Part shown: piece by piece, positions 13,514-27,599 of the stretch | Numbering within the stretch: the stretch's first letter is position 1 | Layout: each line of letters starts with the position of its first letter | Source of the DNA: Haplodiscus bocki | Lineage: Eukaryota | Reading direction: 5' to 3' | Assembly (NCBI GenBank): GCA_965655095.1 | Contig: OZ296649.1 | Span: 60,822,001 to 60,886,000 of the forward strand | DNA length: 64,000 nt | Program-made: the position numbers and the translations under genes | The notes under the pieces: model-generated | Told to the model about the DNA's origin: nothing | What the model saw: the letters and a program-made list of their open reading frames with translations, nothing else | Databases searched by the model: none

Positions 13514-13815
13514 CCGAAATATCCTTTGCTTCCGTATTTGTTACTCAAGTCAATATTAATTTCGTGGAATGTTTTGTATTGAGCAACTAAGTAATTTGTA
13601 CCCATCATTGGCCAGGGTTTGGGCCCTGGAACATTCTGTCGCCTCCAAACTCCGAACTTCTGCTCATGTCTGATTATGGAATAAGTCACAGCCCCCACCG
13701 CACACACAGTCACCCAAACCCAGCGTGGGACTTCAGCTAATTGGTCCTTCAAATGTATCCAGTCAAATTTGAAATTAACATCAAGAAATTTCCATTCAGT
13801 TAACTTGGAAAGCAT
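13514..13815 (-). CDS. Cytochrome P450 (CYP3 clan), coding exon 1
   Basis: ATG at 13815. Hydrophobic anchor (WVWVTVCAVGAVTYSII) followed by the P450 proline hinge PGPKPWPMMG. Ends TTC GG|GTAAGT (phase 2). Confidence 0.9.
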
Positions 13816-14465
13816 CTTTTGAACACCTGAGAATCAAATGATTACGTTTCAGTTTTTCAAGGCAGAAAAACCCAGTTCAATTAGAGTTTTACACGCTCAA
13901 TAGATTTAACCTTTATACTTTACTGATCTATAAAGAGCGTCACATTCCTGCAGCGTTACAGCAAAAGTTATTCATTGATAAATATAGAGACTTGCAGTAT
14001 GCAAATTTGAAACCTATGTTCTCAATACAAATAATATTAACTGAACCAAATATCCAACATCGGGTTATTCTTCATTTGAAATATGCAATCATCAGTTAGT
14101 ATAAATTAGGTTAGATATATGAAGTGTCAAAACTCAAAGTAAGAGGGCTGGTGTTGAACTATCAAGATTAAGAATGCATAATTACAGAGGTATTCGAGCA
14201 GATTCTTCAACTATATTCATTTGAGTACTTTTCTTTTTCATTCCAGCAGGAAACTAATCAAAATTTTCTTTTAATTAGAGTTAACCATAAACGTGCGCCA
14301 TCTCCGTCTGTTTTTTACTTGCGCAATTTTTATAGCATTTCCCTTGAAATGCAAACTGCAACCTTCGTTTTTTGATGTCGGAGTTTTCTCTACTAGGTTC
14401 TTCCCACTGCCTGTGGAGTTTTCTAAAGCGAGTCTAAACTTTCATAAAAATACCGGTGGCAGGAC

Positions 14466-14565
14466 AACCCAAAATACTCAAACCCAAAATACCCAAACTC
14501 CCAAAATACCCAAAGTCCCAAAATACTCAAGCCCGAAATACCCAAAGTCAAAAAATACCCAAAAT
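14466..14565. repeat. AAATACCCAAA-type short tandem repeat
   Basis: Repeated CCCAAAATAC(C/T)CAAA. Confidence 0.85.
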
Positions 14566-14589
14566 TGAACTAGCCATGCTAATTGAATT

Positions 14590-15000
14590 AATTTCGTAGA
14601 GGAACCCTTTAGTGCATCACTAATTTCGCGTATCGAAAAATTTTATGCTTCGAAAGGTTATGTCACGATTTTCTGTCGAAAATTTTTTGTCTCAGTGCCG
14701 AGACATTTCGTAGAGCAACCATTCTGTGCTGTGTTTCAGAAAATTTCCGATAGCGAAAAAGTTTATGGATAAGAGTGGGGAGGGAGAATCACGGTTTTCT
14801 GTCAAAAATTTTTTGTCTCACAGTGCCGAAAAATTTCGTGGAGGAACCCTTTAGTGTATCACTAATTTCGGGTATCGAAAAATGTATGTTAGGGATAAAT
14901 CGTAAAAATTTTTGGCATGGTAGTGACTCGAGCCCGGAACCTACTGCTTGAGAACCTTGTTGACCTAAGCCTACTGCTGTCATTTATTTTTGAATAAAAA
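14590..15000. repeat. Dispersed repeat with internal duplication and a tRNA-like segment (14914-14981)
   Basis: Recurrent AATTTCGTAGAGGAACCCTTTAGTG...TAATTTCG.GTATCGAAAAA and TTTTTTGTCTCA(CA)GTGCCGA units. Confidence 0.7.
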
Positions 15001-15249
15001 GAGTTGGCAATTTTGGTCTGAAAAAACAAAAAGAAAAACGACCCTACTGAATGAATAATTTTTCTTGCATATTACATATGCGGTGAAAAATAATAACAGC
15101 TAAACTAAATGTTTCCACACGCCTCTAATTACATACGTTTTTTGATGTTTTAAAATATTGGTGATATCAAATTAAAATATCACACGTCAAAATATTTACA
15201 GAAAATTACTTTGAACAGAAAAACAGCCGCGAGGCTCAAAAAAATTGGC

Positions 15250-15555
15250 ATCCCACAAAATTTTCGACACTGTGAGACAAAATTGTAATTCACCTCACAA
15301 AATTTTCGACCTGTGAGACAAAATTGTAATTCACCTCACAAAATTTTCGACCTGTGAGACAAAATTGTAATTCACCTTACAAAATTTGCGCCACTGTGAG
15401 AAAAAATTGTTATTCACCTCACAATATTTTCTGCACTGTGAGATAAAATTGCTATTCACCTCACAAAATTTTCAGCACTGTGAGACAAAAATGTGATTGT
15501 CACCACAAAGTTATCGGCACTGTGAGACAAAATTGTAATTCATCGCACAAAAATA
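15250..15555. repeat. Minisatellite, ~41-43 bp unit, ~7 copies
   Basis: CTGTGAGACAAAATTGTAATTCACCTCACAAAATTTTCGAC tandem units. Confidence 0.9.
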
Positions 15556-18500
15556 CCAAACGTTTCCTCATTCATCAAAAAAGTTCGCTTCTGTTTTCCG
15601 CATTTTTGAGTTTTTCAAATGTTTTGATTTTATTAATCGCATTTTTTTCACAGTACAATAATTGAAGAGTGCAATAATGCTTGCAATTCCCCTGAATGAA
15701 TCAGACAATATTAAACTGTAATCGCGTCAAAATTTCATTAATTTAAGAGAAAAAAAGCGTATATTCAAAATGGCCACTGATTCTACAATTTTTCGGAAGC
15801 TTTAAGACGCAGGATTAACGATTTCTCTTTTCCTATCCTTTCTGTAAATGCTTGGACATGATCATTTGATCTCATTTTCAATTTCATATTTGCCTTTTTG
15901 CGTTATTGTGTAACTCTATCAATTTAGATCATAAGAACAGTCTTTGACAAAAGCAAGCATATCCAGAAAACTTTTCGAAATTTGGTTTACCATAACAACT
16001 GGGGAACTTTCTATAACCGAGATTTCGCTGAAAGAATGTTCACCACATTCATCAATATATTCGAAACTGAGGTGAAAATTTAATCTTAAAAAAAATTTTC
16101 TTGATGAATGACAAACGCAATCATCTTACAATCTATGAGAGTTGGGTGAATGAAAAAAACTAAGGAACTGTATTCCAAAACTCATTTCAATTTGAATCCC
16201 CCTGATCTCAATCAACAAAGATTGAGAACAAAATTGTCTGGGACAGTTCCATATAAAAAAGTTCGGCCTCAGATGTCGGCCTTCAACAGACTGAAGTCAC
16301 AAAGAGGTGAACGGATTTTTATTAATATGAAGATAGAAGATCCGAGAGAGAGAGAAACCAGCAAAAAAAAACTATTGAAAAAAACACTTCTGGTGATGTA
16401 ATTAGGCATCTGCAATCTACTGCAAATTTGCTCAACTATGGTTTTTCCAAATTGGATGGTTATTTGGGAAAAGTTTGAACATATTCAAAGGCAACATCAG
16501 AAGCGACAACACGGCTCGTAAAAGTCTCTTCTTCTCAATCCATCAGTCTTTTTGAAGGCAAAAACAATTTGACAATCTGAAAGAAAAGAAAGGTTTCTTA
16601 TCATCTAATACTCCAGTTGGACCCTGCAGAATTTTTATAAAGTTTTTCTAGATGCCAATCCTGTTTTCAATAATGTTTTTTTTCAACGAAAGAAAACTCC
16701 CCAGCAATTTGAATAATGCTTATGTAACACCAAGTTTTTAAAAAGAAGACAGGGAACAATCCATGATGTAATAGACCGATTTTTATCACATCCATCTTCT
16801 CTTAAAAATTTGTTTTACCCTAGTTTGATTGGACTAATCTGAGAGTATATGATGCAAAAATGCCGACTTATTTTCCCTGCAACAACGAATTGTTGAAGAA
16901 AAGCTTCAAGTAAAGCCAAGTGAAGCAGATGATGGCAGTAACGCATTATAGCGAGCAACCCTATTTTCTGTAACCCTCGCAATTACTAAGAACCCAAAAC
17001 AGACTCTGAAGCGCTCTCCAAATGAATGAGAATTCTTCGACTTCAACACTTACTTCAAATGGGCAGAGCGTGTACAGGACGTTTCGGAGTCGTTTCATTC
17101 GAATTGCAACAGCAAACTCAAAAACATGCCATTGATAGCGTTTGATGAGCATTCAGCTGACAAAAAATCTTGTTTTTAATGCTGAGAATAATTTAAAGTT
17201 GTCATTTTGTTGAAAGCCCACTGGCAATTTTCACGGAGAATCCACTTAATGCCATTAAGTATTTATAAATAAACTTGATGTTTGTTCTGTATAAATCTTA
17301 GTACTACTGGAATATTTCATTTGTAGTTCACTTTTTAATCATGGCAGCTAAATGGTGAGGTCTTCCCAGGGTTTTTTCATTGTTATAGGTTTATGGCAGC
17401 ACTACCAAGTGTCCAATACACTGCAGTCTATTCACTATGTCATGAATTCTCTAAGAATAACGAAATATTGAAAAAATTCAGACAAGTATTATTAGGAAAA
17501 GCATTTATTTTCCCATAAATTCGCCCCACCGCCTTTTGAAGAGGACTAATTGACTCTTTCTTATTCTTTTCATCTGACACGACAAATCAAAGTGAAAATT
17601 AGCACTTAAAATGATTGTTTCTCTTTTTGTGATGCTTTCGGTTTCATGTTGAAAGCTTAACAACAACTTTTTCGAAAGCACTCTCAATGGAGCTCTAAAA
17701 CTATTGAAAAGCTGCTCACATTGTGCTGACATAAAAGAACCGCTCTTTAGACAACTCTACAAAGCTGTTTAGGTAGAAAAATCCTGATTATAGCCGCAGC
17801 TGCACGTTTTGTGCTGACTTGCATGTTTGTCTACAGTAGTGATTTTAATTAAATAAACTCTTGGGTAAAAATTAGTAAATTCCAGGCTCAAAATCTCAAA
17901 AACATATGTTTAGAAGATGCACTTAGAGCAAAATTTTCCAAAAATTTGACGGAAATTGAACGAAATCTCCAAAAGTTCAAGGCCCTCATTTTGACGAATT
18001 ATTCGTCAGTTCACTTTTGCACATTTTGAGGGACGACTAATTGGACAAATACTGTCCATTCAAAACTTTCAACTGAAGCTTTCCAACCCACCCGGAGCAA
18101 TGATAGGCAAATTTGACTCAACTTTTTTTGAAAATGCTCCTTCTTCGAAGATTGTGATGTTCAAGAAGTAAAACTTCAATATATCAACTGTCAAAGATGT
18201 AAAAATAACAGAATATGCACCATCTTACAGCTTTGAAAACCTTATAACTTTTTTTTGCTTCGAACAGGTTTCAAAGATATGAACGCCGGTAAAGATGAAG
18301 CATTACGATATAGTTTTAAAAAGGATTATTACACTGCTGACTATTATTACACTGCTACAGTAGCTCCTTTTTTTGTAAGCTGACATCTCACACAGAATTG
18401 ATCCAAACTTGACATAGTTGCATTTTGCAGTTTTCTGGTGCCAAACGTTCCTCTGGTGCCACTGTAAAACTGGCGCGTGCAAATTTACCAGCCATGGCCG

Positions 18501-19399
18501 AGGTAAACTGTTCCGCAGATAAAATTACCTGCGGATGCCGGCAAAAAGCTCCGCAGGTAGCGATTGCCTGCGGTTTCCGCATGTAACTGGCTGAAAATCA
18601 CCTGCGCCCGCTGATAATTTAGGTGAAGCCTTTATTGTTCCTGTCAGGGCGGATCTTTTTAAACCTAGGGACGTTTTCTTGTTTACAGTATCGAACAATT
18701 CGACCAATGTAACCACTTGCTGCCTTTGAATTCAATGGTAAATCCTTGAAATTTGATTTTGTTCGAAAGAAGTTGGCTCTCCAAACCGTTATCCAAAAAA
18801 CACAACTCGCTGAAAATTCTTCACTACCATCAAAATGATCGGGAACTGGCTGTTATCACTTTTTCGGTCTCTTCACTCATACAGAGTACAGAAAGATGTC
18901 AAGGAAAAGTAGGAGTTGGTCTTGAATAGCACTTGAAACACAGTGCATTTTCGACGAACACTAATTTTTTTTTTAAAAAAAAACATTGAATTATGAGTAC
19001 AGGGAAGAATGCGTTGCTTTTTGTAGGGGAATATTTCCTTAACATTTCGGAAATCCAGTTTGCCAGAGAAAGAGTGACCAAATAGTACTGAAGTGTTTTG
19101 GCAGGAAGTTTATAACGTCTTTCAGAACTAAAGCAGCAAAGAACAGTTGCGGTTTTGTTTCGATGACAGAAAAAAAAGACCCAATTTCGTAGAAACAAAA
19201 TCCTAAGAGGAAAAAACGTAAAGAAAGATCCTATTGGACTACATTAAAATCTAAGTTAGAGCAACTTGAATTTAAAATTTGGTTAAGTAATGGCAAAACG
19301 AGAACTTTTGTTCGATGCGAAACTAGTAGATTTATCAGTCCCATGCAAATTTATTTCCAATGTTTGCGTCTTCCGATCTAGTTTTCCCGCGGGTAGTGA

Positions 19400-21400
19400 T
19401 GATACAACTGTTTGATTACTTCTGAAAACCAATTAGTTCGTTTTTCACTTTTTTAAAATTAATTAGCTTTTGATGCTCTACTCCGCTTACTGTAATGTTT
19501 GCGTTCTGATAGATGTTAGTGGACACTGTTGAAGTGCCTGTTGTTGATGGTCCTGAGTAGGACGGAAATGTGTTTCTGGCCTGCAAAGTCTAGAAAGAAA
19601 AATTGAAATTTTCAAGAAGCATACATCTCTGGGACCAGGTGCTCAAAAGTTGTTCAGACATAAATGAAGGAAACTGGATTTAGTTTCCTTTTATAATCGC
19701 TGTGTTGGTGAATACAGTCGCACCGTTAGTTAGAGAGAGTCTTTTTATCTGTGGATTACGTTTCAGGTTCAACCTTTTTCGTATTGCAATTTTACGGAAA
19801 CGTTTGGAAATGGTTTCCAAAACTGATTTCATCTCGCAAAGGTTGACTTTGGAGGTTTTGGTTAGAATATGTCTGTTTTCTCCAGCGTCATGTCTGAATG
19901 GACTGAATTGTCTGAGAGATGCGCAAATTTGTTACTTTTTTGACGACGTCAAAGGTTTTTAATATAGAGTTTAAAGGGTTTTCTCGTCTGTTCTTTCAAT
20001 CATCCTGTAATTTTGAGCCATATGGTTTTCTAATATCGATTGTTGAGCTCTAGCGATGGACTTCAATTTTTCGTCTCAAGTGAAAAATCTTGTGCTTTCG
20101 TTTGTAGGTTTCTTGCATTTAATAACAAACTTCTTACATGGTTATATTACCTAGCACGGTTGCGAAGGAGCAAATTTTTCATAATGTCGAAGTCTTGAAG
20201 CAAAAGATTTTTGAAATTGTAGTCTTATACGAAAACATTAGGGGCGGCTACTCAAAAGTCTAAGAATAATTTAGCACACGTAATTCCGAAAATAAATTAG
20301 CTATTGTAAGCTAGTATTCAATATTGAAACTGGTCCCTTGGGCACTACCATATCTTCCGGTCCGCTCTTTTCCAGTGCAGTATGCATGATCTTCACAAAC
20401 TCGGGTTTTGTTACTTGGAGCCTTGGGACAATTCTGTGTTTGCAATACTTGACTCACTTCATATCTGCATGGACTGAAATCTGCAAGAATTACTAAAATG
20501 TTACTTTTTTCTGACGACATCTTATCTAATCGATAGTCAGTTAGAGGCTTAATATGGTCTGTTTTTCAAATCTGCCCATACTTTTCAGCCATAGCTTCTT
20601 GTAATCTCGATTGATAAACTTTAGCATTGTTATGCAACTTTACTTTCTACATTTTTGCGTTTTTCAGTCTAGCTCTCCCGAAACTTGTAATGAAGTATTT
20701 TTTCGATTACTTTTGAAAACCAATTAGTCCGTTCTCCAAGTTTTGCGTTAACTGACTTTTGATGTTTCATTTCGTAAACAGTAATTATTGAGTTTTGAAT
20801 AATGTTAATGGAGCCTGTTAATGCATCTGCTCGTTGGCAGCCCTGCGCGTGCCTGAAAAGTGTTTTTGGCTTGTTAAGTTTAGAAATTGTTGAATTTTTT
20901 AGATTTTCACATGTGTTGACCTGGTGCTCAAATATTGTTGAGACATAAATGAAGGAATTGGTAGACAGCTTCTCTTTTATTTCGTTATTTTGGTGAGTAT
21001 AGTCGCAATGTTTATAAGAATGAGTTTTTTTTTCATCTGCGGGCCACTTCTTTGAGATGAAGTTTTCTCATATTGCAGTGTTACGGAAACGTTTGCAATC
21101 GGATTCCAAAACTGAATTGATCACAAATGGAATGATTTTGGCGTTTTTTGATGGACTTTGCCTCGTTTATTCGGCGTCATGTTTGTATGGATCAAAATCT
21201 GTAGGAATTGCTCAAGTGTGTTTTCCTTTTGACGACATCAAATCTTTCCGATGATTAGTTGGAGTGGTATTCTGCTCTGTTCTTTAAAATGTGCCTGTAC
21301 ATTTTAGCCATAAAATTTTTTAAAATTGACTGATGAGCTTTAGCAATGCATTGCATTTTCACTTCCTATGTTTGTGCGGAGCTCTTCCATTCTAGCTTTC
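19400..21400. repeat. Diverged direct repeat array (two long copies and one partial, ~600-700 bp)
   Basis: GATTACTT.TGAAAACCAATTAGT at ~19414 and ~20705. ATGGA.....ATCTG...TGACGAC.TC at ~19900, ~20470 and ~21190. Confidence 0.75.
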
Positions 21401-21479
21401 TCGCAAGTAATGATGGTTTTTTGACACGAATGCATTATCTGCGAAAGCGAGAATTAATACCTGCGGAAAGACGCATGTT

Positions 21480-22007
21480 AAAAGGCCCCACACACAATTT
21501 ACCTGCGTTACATGCAGTTTACCTGTAAGAACAGCTAATTATACCTGCTTCTACGCGGCAAGCACCTCACGCAGAATGCACACATTAGCACGTAATAAAG
21601 CACGCAAGTTGCGAGTAACTTCACCTGCTGGATGCAGGCTAACTTACCTGAAATTTTCAGGTAAATTTACCCGCGGTGTGATAGCAGATTGCCTGAATTG
21701 CAGGTAATTTTGTGTGCTCTTGCGGGTACTTTGCCTTCGATTAGGCGGGGATTTTTGCCTGCAAACTTCATGTATTTTTGCCTGCAAAAGCAGGCAATTT
21801 TGCATGCTAGTCGCGGGCAAATTTGCATGAATTCCGTATGTAATAATACCTGTAAAATACCCGTTGTATTCAAGTAAATTTACATGCGGCTGCAGGCAAT
21901 TCGCGTGTATTCTGCGCGAGGTGCTTGCCTTGTAGACGCAGGTAAATTTACCTGTTTTCACAGGTAAACTGCATGTAACGCAGGTAAACTGCGTGTGGGG
22001 CTTTTTT
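21480..22007. repeat. Foldback/MITE-like element built from (A)TTTACCTGC subrepeats
   Basis: GGCCCCACACACAATTTACCTGCGTTACATGCAGTTTACCTGT is mirrored at ~21960-22003. Related motifs occur at ~18480-18630. Confidence 0.75.
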
Positions 22008-22099
22008 GGCTAAACAGTGTGTTTGGGAAGGCAAAATTTTGTGAATAAAGTCTTGCATTTTTCATTTTTTCTCCAAAATAATATTAAATAATATATATC

Positions 22100-25000
22100 T
22101 CCAATATGATTATCCAACACTTCTGCCAACTTACAGTGCATGCTTTTTGGCTGGATTAAGCCGCCAAACTTGATTCATGCATACCTCGACAAAATCATGC
22201 CACTTTTTGTCGTTTTATTGTTCAAAAAGTGATAACCCATGTCATAATCAGAAAGATTGTTATAATTGGTATGATTCTTTGGGATTCTGCTGTGCGATGT
22301 TCTTCGCATGTGCTTTTCTCAGTTCGTTCGTTCGGATGGAAGCTTAAATTTGTAGTTCCAAGGATTCCTTAAGAGGCTTCCTTACTTTTGACATTTGATG
22401 AAACTAATTTTTTCCAGTTTATTCGTATTTTTCGGAAAAAGTTTGTAATTTGATTGCTCAGCTGTATGGAGCCATTCCGTTATGAGTTGAGATGAAAAAG
22501 CAGAAAAGAAAGGATTGAAACTTGTTTTTTGATTTTGAGAGTGATCTGAGAGTTCTGTACGAACTCGGGAATTACAATTTTTGTTTTTGTATCGTGTTGC
22601 TATAATATCGGAAGTTAAGTGAAAGTGGGTGTAGAACAGAGAAAACTTGCGTACGGTATTTCAAAAAATTGGGAGAAAGGTTAAGTATTATATGAGTTGG
22701 CAAAAACTTGGCTTGTGTAGAACAATTATCCGGGCTTCGTTGTCTAAAATTTCTCCAACGAGTGCCAAGAATTCTATTCTGGACTACTATCAAATCAATT
22801 CTCTTCAGTGAATTGTAGTGAAAGGCTTGAAGAAAATCAGTAAGGGTATATAGGTTTGCAGTGTGACTGATGAATACTTGGGGGCTCAATCTGGGGCTGA
22901 TGAAACAGGATATTAAATTGAAAGTCGAAATTGTTTTATGGTTGGGAAAGCAGTAAGTTGTGTCATGTTCCGTAATTCGTGACAACACAGGCAACAATGA
23001 AGTTTCTAAATACATCAACTATTATTTATAAGAAACAAAATCCATTGTGATGAAAGAAAGCGAGTTGGGACCGATAGTAAGTATCTTTACAATGTCTGTA
23101 ACGTAAGTATGGTGCTTTTTTAGCAAAAATATGCAGAGGTGCAGTTTGATTTTGAAGGTGGCAAGGTTTGGTTTCCTCGCAATCTAACGAAGCATGGTTG
23201 AAGATTAATTTCCAGTCTGCAAAAATTAAAAATGACAAAAATGTCAAAAAGTTCGTTCGACTATGTTCAGTAGATTCTGAATGGTTGTGGGTTGTGGAAA
23301 AAATTGCGTAGGAAGAACATAAATGAAAACGCATACGGATAGTTTGAAAAAATGGGTCTGGGTTCAAGGTATCAATTGAGATGGTTCTGGGAGAAAATTT
23401 AAATCTGAAAAGTCCTGTTGGTTTGCCAATGGAAAAAAGAGGAAAATGTTTGCAGTTTTGTTAGAGAAAAGGGGTTTCCAAAAACTTTTAGAGGAGTTTT
23501 TCTTCTCTTTGAGCCAAATACGTACAGTCTCGAAAACAGGGTCTGAGTCTGGATGTTTCGAAACAGTTTCAATCGCAGCAGGTATTTGCTGTAATAACAA
23601 ACCGGAGAGCATACCTTATATATTGGCAAACTTGAGTCCTGATAAAATTAATACCAGGATTTGTATTCTTAGTTTTAGGTTTCGGTGGACTGTAATGGTC
23701 AAAACTTTTTGTACTTCGTTGGAATGCCGTTGTTCTTGAAGCTAGATTACGACCATTGCTGTATTTGTCTGTTTCTTTTAATAAGGGTTTCTGTTGAAGT
23801 ATTGATCTTTTTCTCAGCTGTTTTCTACAACGATTTCCAAATGGACCCAAAAAAGTAAATGGAAAGTGTTGCGAGGGAGTGCAGAAAAATTCTCTTCAAT
23901 TATTCTTTTTTTCTGGGAAAAAAAGACTGTTTTTAAAAAAATTAGGTAAAAATGGGAAAGAACTTTATCTCTTTTGGTTTACTTTGGTCTTGCACAGCTT
24001 GAAAGTGAACATGAAATATTTGTTTCTGATTTTGATCCGGAAAACGATTGAATACTGTCGTGGCAATGTTTTGTGTTTGGTTTGGATTGGTGGCTAAGAA
24101 CTATCGTCATTGTTAAAAGTGTGACTGGAGACATCTTCTGAAGTACGATTTTCCCAGGGTACCTATCATTTTCCAAATTAGTGAAGGTAATAATTAGCTC
24201 TTGGTATCTGTTCAAAATCGGTTCTAGAATTTAAATTTTTTCCTCGTTAAAGGATGAAGTTTTTGTCTATGATTGGTGAGGGTTGTAAACCGAAACTTGG
24301 AGTGAAAATGTTGAAAATCATACACTTTCAGTGAGAAAACAAGCGGGTGGTAGTACTCCATGAACTTTAACTCATTCTCGTTACTTTGCTGTTTTATTTC
24401 GAGATTTGACAGGAGAAACTCTCACATTTGGTTTACCTTCCACTATGTTTTTTCGATCAGCTCAAAACAACACAGCACCTATTAACTCGAAACACCTATT
24501 AGAGAACCGTCGCTTTTGATATGAAATTGTTGAGTTGTGACCGGTTCAAACCGGTTTCTGCGGAAAAAAACGTTCTTTTCTATGGAGAATTCCATTGATT
24601 TGTCATTCCAATGCAGTGAAATGTTATCATGCAATGAATGTTGAAATGGCTCCAGCACGGAAAAATTTCTTAAAATTGGTGCAAGATGCACTAATCCTAC
24701 GAATCAAATAACGTCTTTTTGTTTTCGCGTTGATTGTATTTTAAGAACTGCTTCAACTTTCGAGTGAATAGATTTGATTACTCTATGCCCAATTTCATGT
24801 CCAATAAAATTGTTTTTGCCGTGGAAAAAGATTACATTGGAGAGAGCTTTGGACTTTGTTAACTGCATTTTTCTCCATGTTGGACATGAAGAATCGTTAA
24901 TTTGGGCTGATTGCAACACATCGTGTCTAAAGTCTAAGGCGGATCCTGAATTGAAAAGGGTTTTAAAGAACAAGAAATTTTATACTAAATCGGTTTAGCA

Positions 25001-27000
25001 ATCCTTAATTAAAAAAAATGAAATCACGTGATTGGTATTGTTTCTGGATGTTACTTCAGCATTGGTATAGCTAATTATTGTATTCTAGTGATGAATTGCA
25101 ATTCAAGAACGGTTTGCAACTGCCGATTTTTCTCAATAATTTCAATGGGGTTCTGTGTTGAAATGTTAGGTTTTTTGGCTACAACTCTATTTGTTAGGAT
25201 GTTTCAAACGGAAGCAGAATCTCCATTTACAAGCAGAATGTTAGTTTAAAGTCTTGATGATAATTGTAACAAAAATTCACTTGGGGTGTGTACAAATCAA
25301 AGTGGTAGAACCAAGTAGATTGAAATGGTGTTGAGTTGGGAGAGAGATATAGGTTTTTGTCCAAGCGATAAATAGAAACAATATATCAAAAACTTTGAAA
25401 CCTATCATCAAAATTGAAACATTTGATTGATGTGTTTTGAGAGACTGTGCAGAATGGGGTCATCTGGAAGCATAACGGTCTGGGCGTGGTTTTGGAAGCG
25501 ATCTTTAAGGATAGTTTTATTGTTTCAAAAATTGTTTCCGTTCTTTTAAGGTAGGCGTGTGGGACGAACATGAAAACTGTAGTTTTGATGTTTATCATAT
25601 CATTACCGAGAGCATAAGGTATTGTGTGATTTTTCATGTTTTTAAAAAAAATGATTGTTTAGGAGCCTTTCTCAAAAGATTTGTGATAGTTTCGAAATTT
25701 TTTTGAATTCGAACGGATTTTACCATTATAGCGGTAAATTCAAAATTTTTTCCGAGTTTTTTAGTTTCTATGAAAACTGTCGTTAATGTAGCTGCGTTGA
25801 TCATTTTACCTTCTGGAACAATTGTAATTTTGCAGAAATAAAGTAGTCAAGTGTTGATGCCTATACATCATGAAGAAAATTACACAATGTTTTTGGGGTG
25901 TTTTCCGTTGCTTTTTAGTTCCATTGTAAAATCAGGAGAAAAACAGTTTTTGTTTATCGCGAAAAAAAAACATAAATACTTTATTCTAATTTAGATTTGG
26001 AATTAGGATCAAGTTGGATTTGGTGTAAACTTTTTGCTTTTTGATATGTGTAAAGTAGTCCTAACTCCATTGATGTTGACTTTTTAACCTTTTTCTAAAT
26101 TTAAAATTGTAGTTTCAGGATTTGAAACATCTTCAGAGTCAAAAAGTTTTTAGAAAATGGTAATATGAGATAGTGGTTCCGATTGTTTTGGAGAAATGTT
26201 CATCTTGTCTTTTCTGTGCCATCTCTTTTAGTCTTTGAATGATTTCCAGGTGAAACTTCGATTTCCTTTCATATTAAACGGTAGAAGCTCGTTCGTTACA
26301 CCATTCCGTGTCATTTGCACTTTGAACCCGAAAATGATTTTACTCCACATTTTCAAAACCTTTCCTCAGAACTGAAAATGCTTAAGCTTGTGAATAATCA
26401 GAAAAATGTTTGTGATGACACTTGACAATTGAAAACTTCTATAGAGGAAATCCAATCTTTTTGTGCGTTCCCTTCTACTATGTACTCTAGCTTAAAGCTG
26501 TTCCATGCAGGGAAAATTGAACATTCCATAAATCTTGTGAGCTACAGTGAATGAATTTTCCGATCTTTTGGTTGTGAACATCATTGAATAGTAGTTCTTG
26601 TCGGAAAACTTCCAAAAACTTTCTGGGCTGCAGCTGCGGTTTAATTTATCCAAAATTACTGCTGGATCTGGTACTGTAGCATAGGGTATCGATAAAAAAC
26701 TTCGAACAAGGTTTCAATTTGGATATGATATAGGAGCCGTACGATTTCCATTCAGATTTGTTATTTTCCTGAGTGCAAATGATTTGGGAGTCTTTTAGGG
26801 GGAAAAGGTTTTGGTTAAAAGTTGGTTGTAGCTGAGAAGTTTGTTGGACAACAGTCAAAACAAATGGGTTCGTTGTATTTTTTGTATTTTCGGTGGGACA
26901 AATGGTAATGACCTGGAAGTGGGTAGATCAAATAACTTTTTGAACGTGCTTTATATTTTGAAATGGATAAGGTCAAGATAAAAATTGAGTTTTTCTTTTT
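22100..27000 (-). mobile_element. Heavily decayed Ty3/gypsy pol remnant
   Basis: FIGHEI...KVEAVLKI (RT thumb/connection) at 24704-24973, with RNase H- and integrase-like fragments further left. Boundaries approximate. Confidence 0.55.
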
Positions 27001-27599
27001 TTATGCTTCCCTTTTTATTAACTGAGTAGGGCTGCTCGGTGAGATTTTTCAATTGGTTTGGAAGTAGATTGTATTGAGCTTTTAATGGAGCTATCGTGAA
27101 GCAATTAAGACCGATAGGTAACGGATCAGGTTTAATTTACTAAGAGTAAGTTGAAACTATGGACTTTGTAGTTTTTTAAAAATTTGTTTTGATCACAGAA
27201 GTGTTAGTTACACTGCAATTGAGATATGGAAGCAAAACTCACAAAATTTGCAATCCTAAGGGAGAATATTTGCACAACAGCCCTTAAAAATCCGGTATCT
27301 GTGTAAAACCGTTGCAGCTTTTGCCATTCAGACTTTGCACAGGGCCAGCTTCCTCAGTTTTTAGCTTTGCCATTTTCTTTGACAACCTGAGTTGATTAAG
27401 GTTTACCGCTGTCGATTGAAGTGGATCGACGAAACAATGAGAATTTTTTTAATCAACCACGACAGCGTACCTACCGTTTTCCCCACCATCAGAAACTAAC
27501 GGATATGAGCTTAAAACCCAACATGAGGACAAAGCAAACCTTTGTGAGCATACGACTCAACCTCCAAAGTAATATTTTGTCTCTTTTCTCTCAGAGACT

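Noticed and set aside
15250-15555. CRISPR-like array
   Set aside because: The units are contiguous with no unique spacers, there are no cas genes, and the context is eukaryotic. It is a minisatellite.
16000-17750. Possible decayed transposase
   Set aside because: Coding-like fragments on both strands, but no motif set I could assign with confidence.
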